A stretch of 64,000 nt of DNA. Source: Rhodothermales bacterium (GTDB lineage: Bacteria > Bacteroidota > Rhodothermia > Rhodothermales > VXPQ01). The stretch is taken from contig JBBDTI010000083.1 of NCBI GenBank assembly GCA_040904565.1, positions 12,543-76,542 on the forward strand, written 5' to 3'. Positions 63,127-64,000 of this stretch are shown here, piece by piece. The notes below the pieces were generated by a model that was not told the origin of the DNA, searched no databases, and saw nothing but the letters and a program-made list of their open reading frames with translations. A program made the translations under genes and the position numbers. The stretch's first letter is position 1; every line of letters starts with the position of its first letter.

Positions 63127-64000
63127 GCGCACCGCGCAGTACCGATCCCGGAAGATCCTCCGACCGGCGCCCGCGTTCGAGAATCGTGCGCCCGTTGACG
63201 ACGACGTACTCGATGCCGTCGGCATACTGGTGAGGATCCTGGAACGTGGCACGATCCGTCACCGCGTCAGCATCGAAGACGGTCAGGTCCGCGTGAAAGC
63301 CCGTCTGAAGCCTTCCTCTTTCGACGAGGCCGACCTTTTCCGCATTCATGCTCGTCATCTTTCGGACGGCCTCCGGCAGCGTCAGCACACCCTGCTCGCG
63401 GACGTAGCGTCCCAGCACGCGGGGGAATGCGCCGTAATACCGGGGGTGGGGGTGCGAGGCTCCCGTGGGACCGTCCACGCTGACGGCCTGTCCGTCCGAC
63501 CCGATCGACGTGAACGGTTGTCGGAGCGCCAGCGTCATGTCGTCTTCCGAATGGTGAAAGAAGACAGCCGGCACGTCCCCGTTCTCCTGCAACAAAACAT
63601 CCACGAGCACCTCCACGGGAGCACCGCCGCGGGCGCGAATCAGCTCCCCCATCCTCCTGCCGACATACGGACGGTTATCCGGGTGCGACATGGAGACCAG
63701 AAGAATGCCGTCCCACCCATCTCCGGTAGCGAGGTAGTGATTGTACCAGCCGGGAAGCCCCTCGAGAACTTCTCGTCGGATCCGAGCGCGCTGCCGCGGA
63801 TCCCGTAGCCGGGCCAGCATCCGCTCCGTGCCGCCGTCGTGAGCCCACGGCGGCACGATGGAGTTCAGATTGTTCTGCCCGGCCGTATAGGGATATACGT
63901 TGGCGGTAACGTCCAGCCCTTCCACCCGTGCGTCGGAGATCATGGCGACGACCTCATCCATCCGCCCCCACAACTCCTTGTGCGCGATCTTTAGATGGAT
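63107..64000 (-). CDS. N-acyl-D-amino-acid deacylase (amidohydrolase), C-terminal part (runs off window end)
   Basis: HLK, YPYTAG, IGSDG, HPR.YG.FPRVLG and ADL.VFD motifs; frame is open to the window edge. Confidence 0.9.
   Translation of the reverse strand: MHLKIAHKELWGRMDEVVAMISDARVEGLDVTANVYPYTAGQNNLNSIVPPWAHDGGTERMLARLRDPRQRARIRREVLEGLPGWYNHYLATGDGWDGILLVSMSHPDNRPYVGRRMGELIRARGGAPVEVLVDVLLQENGDVPAVFFHHSEDDMTLALRQPFTSIGSDGQAVSVDGPTGASHPHPRYYGAFPRVLGRYVREQGVLTLPEAVRKMTSMNAEKVGLVERGRLQTGFHADLTVFDADAVTDRATFQDPHQYADGIEYVVVNGRTILERGRRSEDLPGSVLRGALTRLPG

Overview
A 64-kb, GC-rich, gene-dense chromosomal segment from a bacterium, probably Rhodothermota/Bacteroidota-like (inferred from DUF4837/DUF4296/DUF4293 genes, an exbB-small membrane gene-exbD-exbD cluster and a lipoprotein HiPIP). 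It holds a complete trp operon (trpE, ferritin-like gene, trpS, trpG, trpD, trpC, trpF, trpB, trpA), hisG, recQ, an isocitrate dehydrogenase-family gene, an S41 protease, PolX-PHP, an acetate module (DUF294-CBS, acs, DUF4212/ActP-like symporter) interrupted by a 7-gene sugar-catabolic cassette, a pabBC fusion, icmF, a PPTase, HiPIP, xylB, pckA, a radical SAM protein, an FprA-like reductase and a short sulfur-assimilation operon (cobA/sirA, cysH, sirC-like). I found no rRNA, tRNA, CRISPR array or mobile element. The best unannotated signals are two short leader ORFs below the ORF-track cutoff. One is a poly-cysteine leader (60546-60644, CCCCC) with alternative pairings and a strong intrinsic terminator ahead of the cysH operon, which looks like a cysteine-sensing, ribosome-mediated transcription attenuator. 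The other is a WWW trpL leader and attenuator ahead of trpE. Also notable are three apparently catalytically degenerate enzymes and many 11-19 bp tandem micro-duplications. Family assignments are from motif recognition by eye, not database searches.
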